A stretch of 63,064 nt of DNA, filler included, from Octopus bimaculoides (lineage: Eukaryota), in the NCBI RefSeq assembly GCF_001194135.2. It is 6 parts of 5 records of this genome, joined end to end, with 100 filler letters (N's around TTAATTAATTAA, not from the genome) between each part and the next. Parts side by side here need not be neighbours in the genome. Positions count along the whole stretch, not along the records: positions 60,696 to 63,064 come from NC_068983.1; 5 more parts are not named here. The stretch is one strand, 5' to 3'. Both the position numbers and the translations under genes were made by a program. Shown piece after piece: positions 63,033-63,064 of this stretch. The notes below the pieces were generated by a model. That model had not been told where the DNA came from and made no database searches. It saw nothing but the letters and a program-made list of their open reading frames with translations. Numbering within the stretch: position 1 is the stretch's first letter; each line of letters opens with the position of its first letter.

Positions 63033-63064
63033 CATTTCTTTTATTAGCCACACAGGGCTCAACG
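63033..63064 (-). mobile_element. Young (GATA)n-joined element 3' end, copy 3 (cut by the window edge)
   Basis: catttcttttattagccacacagggctcaacg is identical to copies 1 and 2 and follows a GATA/GACA array. Confidence 0.7.

Noticed and set aside
376-63062. The many long YI/CV/HT/X-rich ORFs in the track
   Set aside because: They are translations of (TA)n, (CA)n, (TACA)n and N-runs, not genes.

Overview
Eukaryotic, AT-rich, gap-ridden draft-assembly sequence with very dense microsatellites ((TA)n, (CA)n, (TACA)n, (GATA)n, (CAT)n, (TAC)n, (TTC)n). The SINE landscape looks like an octopod cephalopod, probably Octopus (inference from repeat recognition, not a database hit). No complete host gene, rRNA, tRNA or CRISPR array is visible. 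Nearly all ORFs in the supplied track are artefacts of microsatellites or N-runs. The interpretable content is decayed mobile DNA: (i) four tRNA-derived or RTE-tailed SINE-like families, labelled A-D here; (ii) RTE LINE pieces (RT and AP-endonuclease); (iii) a 5'-truncated R4/Dong-type element and a HERO-type restriction-like-endonuclease fragment; (iv) five or six Penelope-like element (PLE) fragments and four hammerhead-ribozyme-like motifs; (v) two Helitron-type non-autonomous elements; (vi) piggyBac and mariner remnants, three TA-flanked MITEs and a foldback-like element whose arms are a 14/16-bp minisatellite. The best leads are a very young element whose 3' end occurs three times, each joined to (GATA)n; microsatellite-flanked RLE retroelements; the hammerhead motifs; a triple TGTGATAAAT/hairpin cassette; and several small, phase-compatible candidate exons of an unidentified minus-strand gene. 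Repeat boundaries are approximate (about +/-20-50 bp) unless terminal motifs are quoted.
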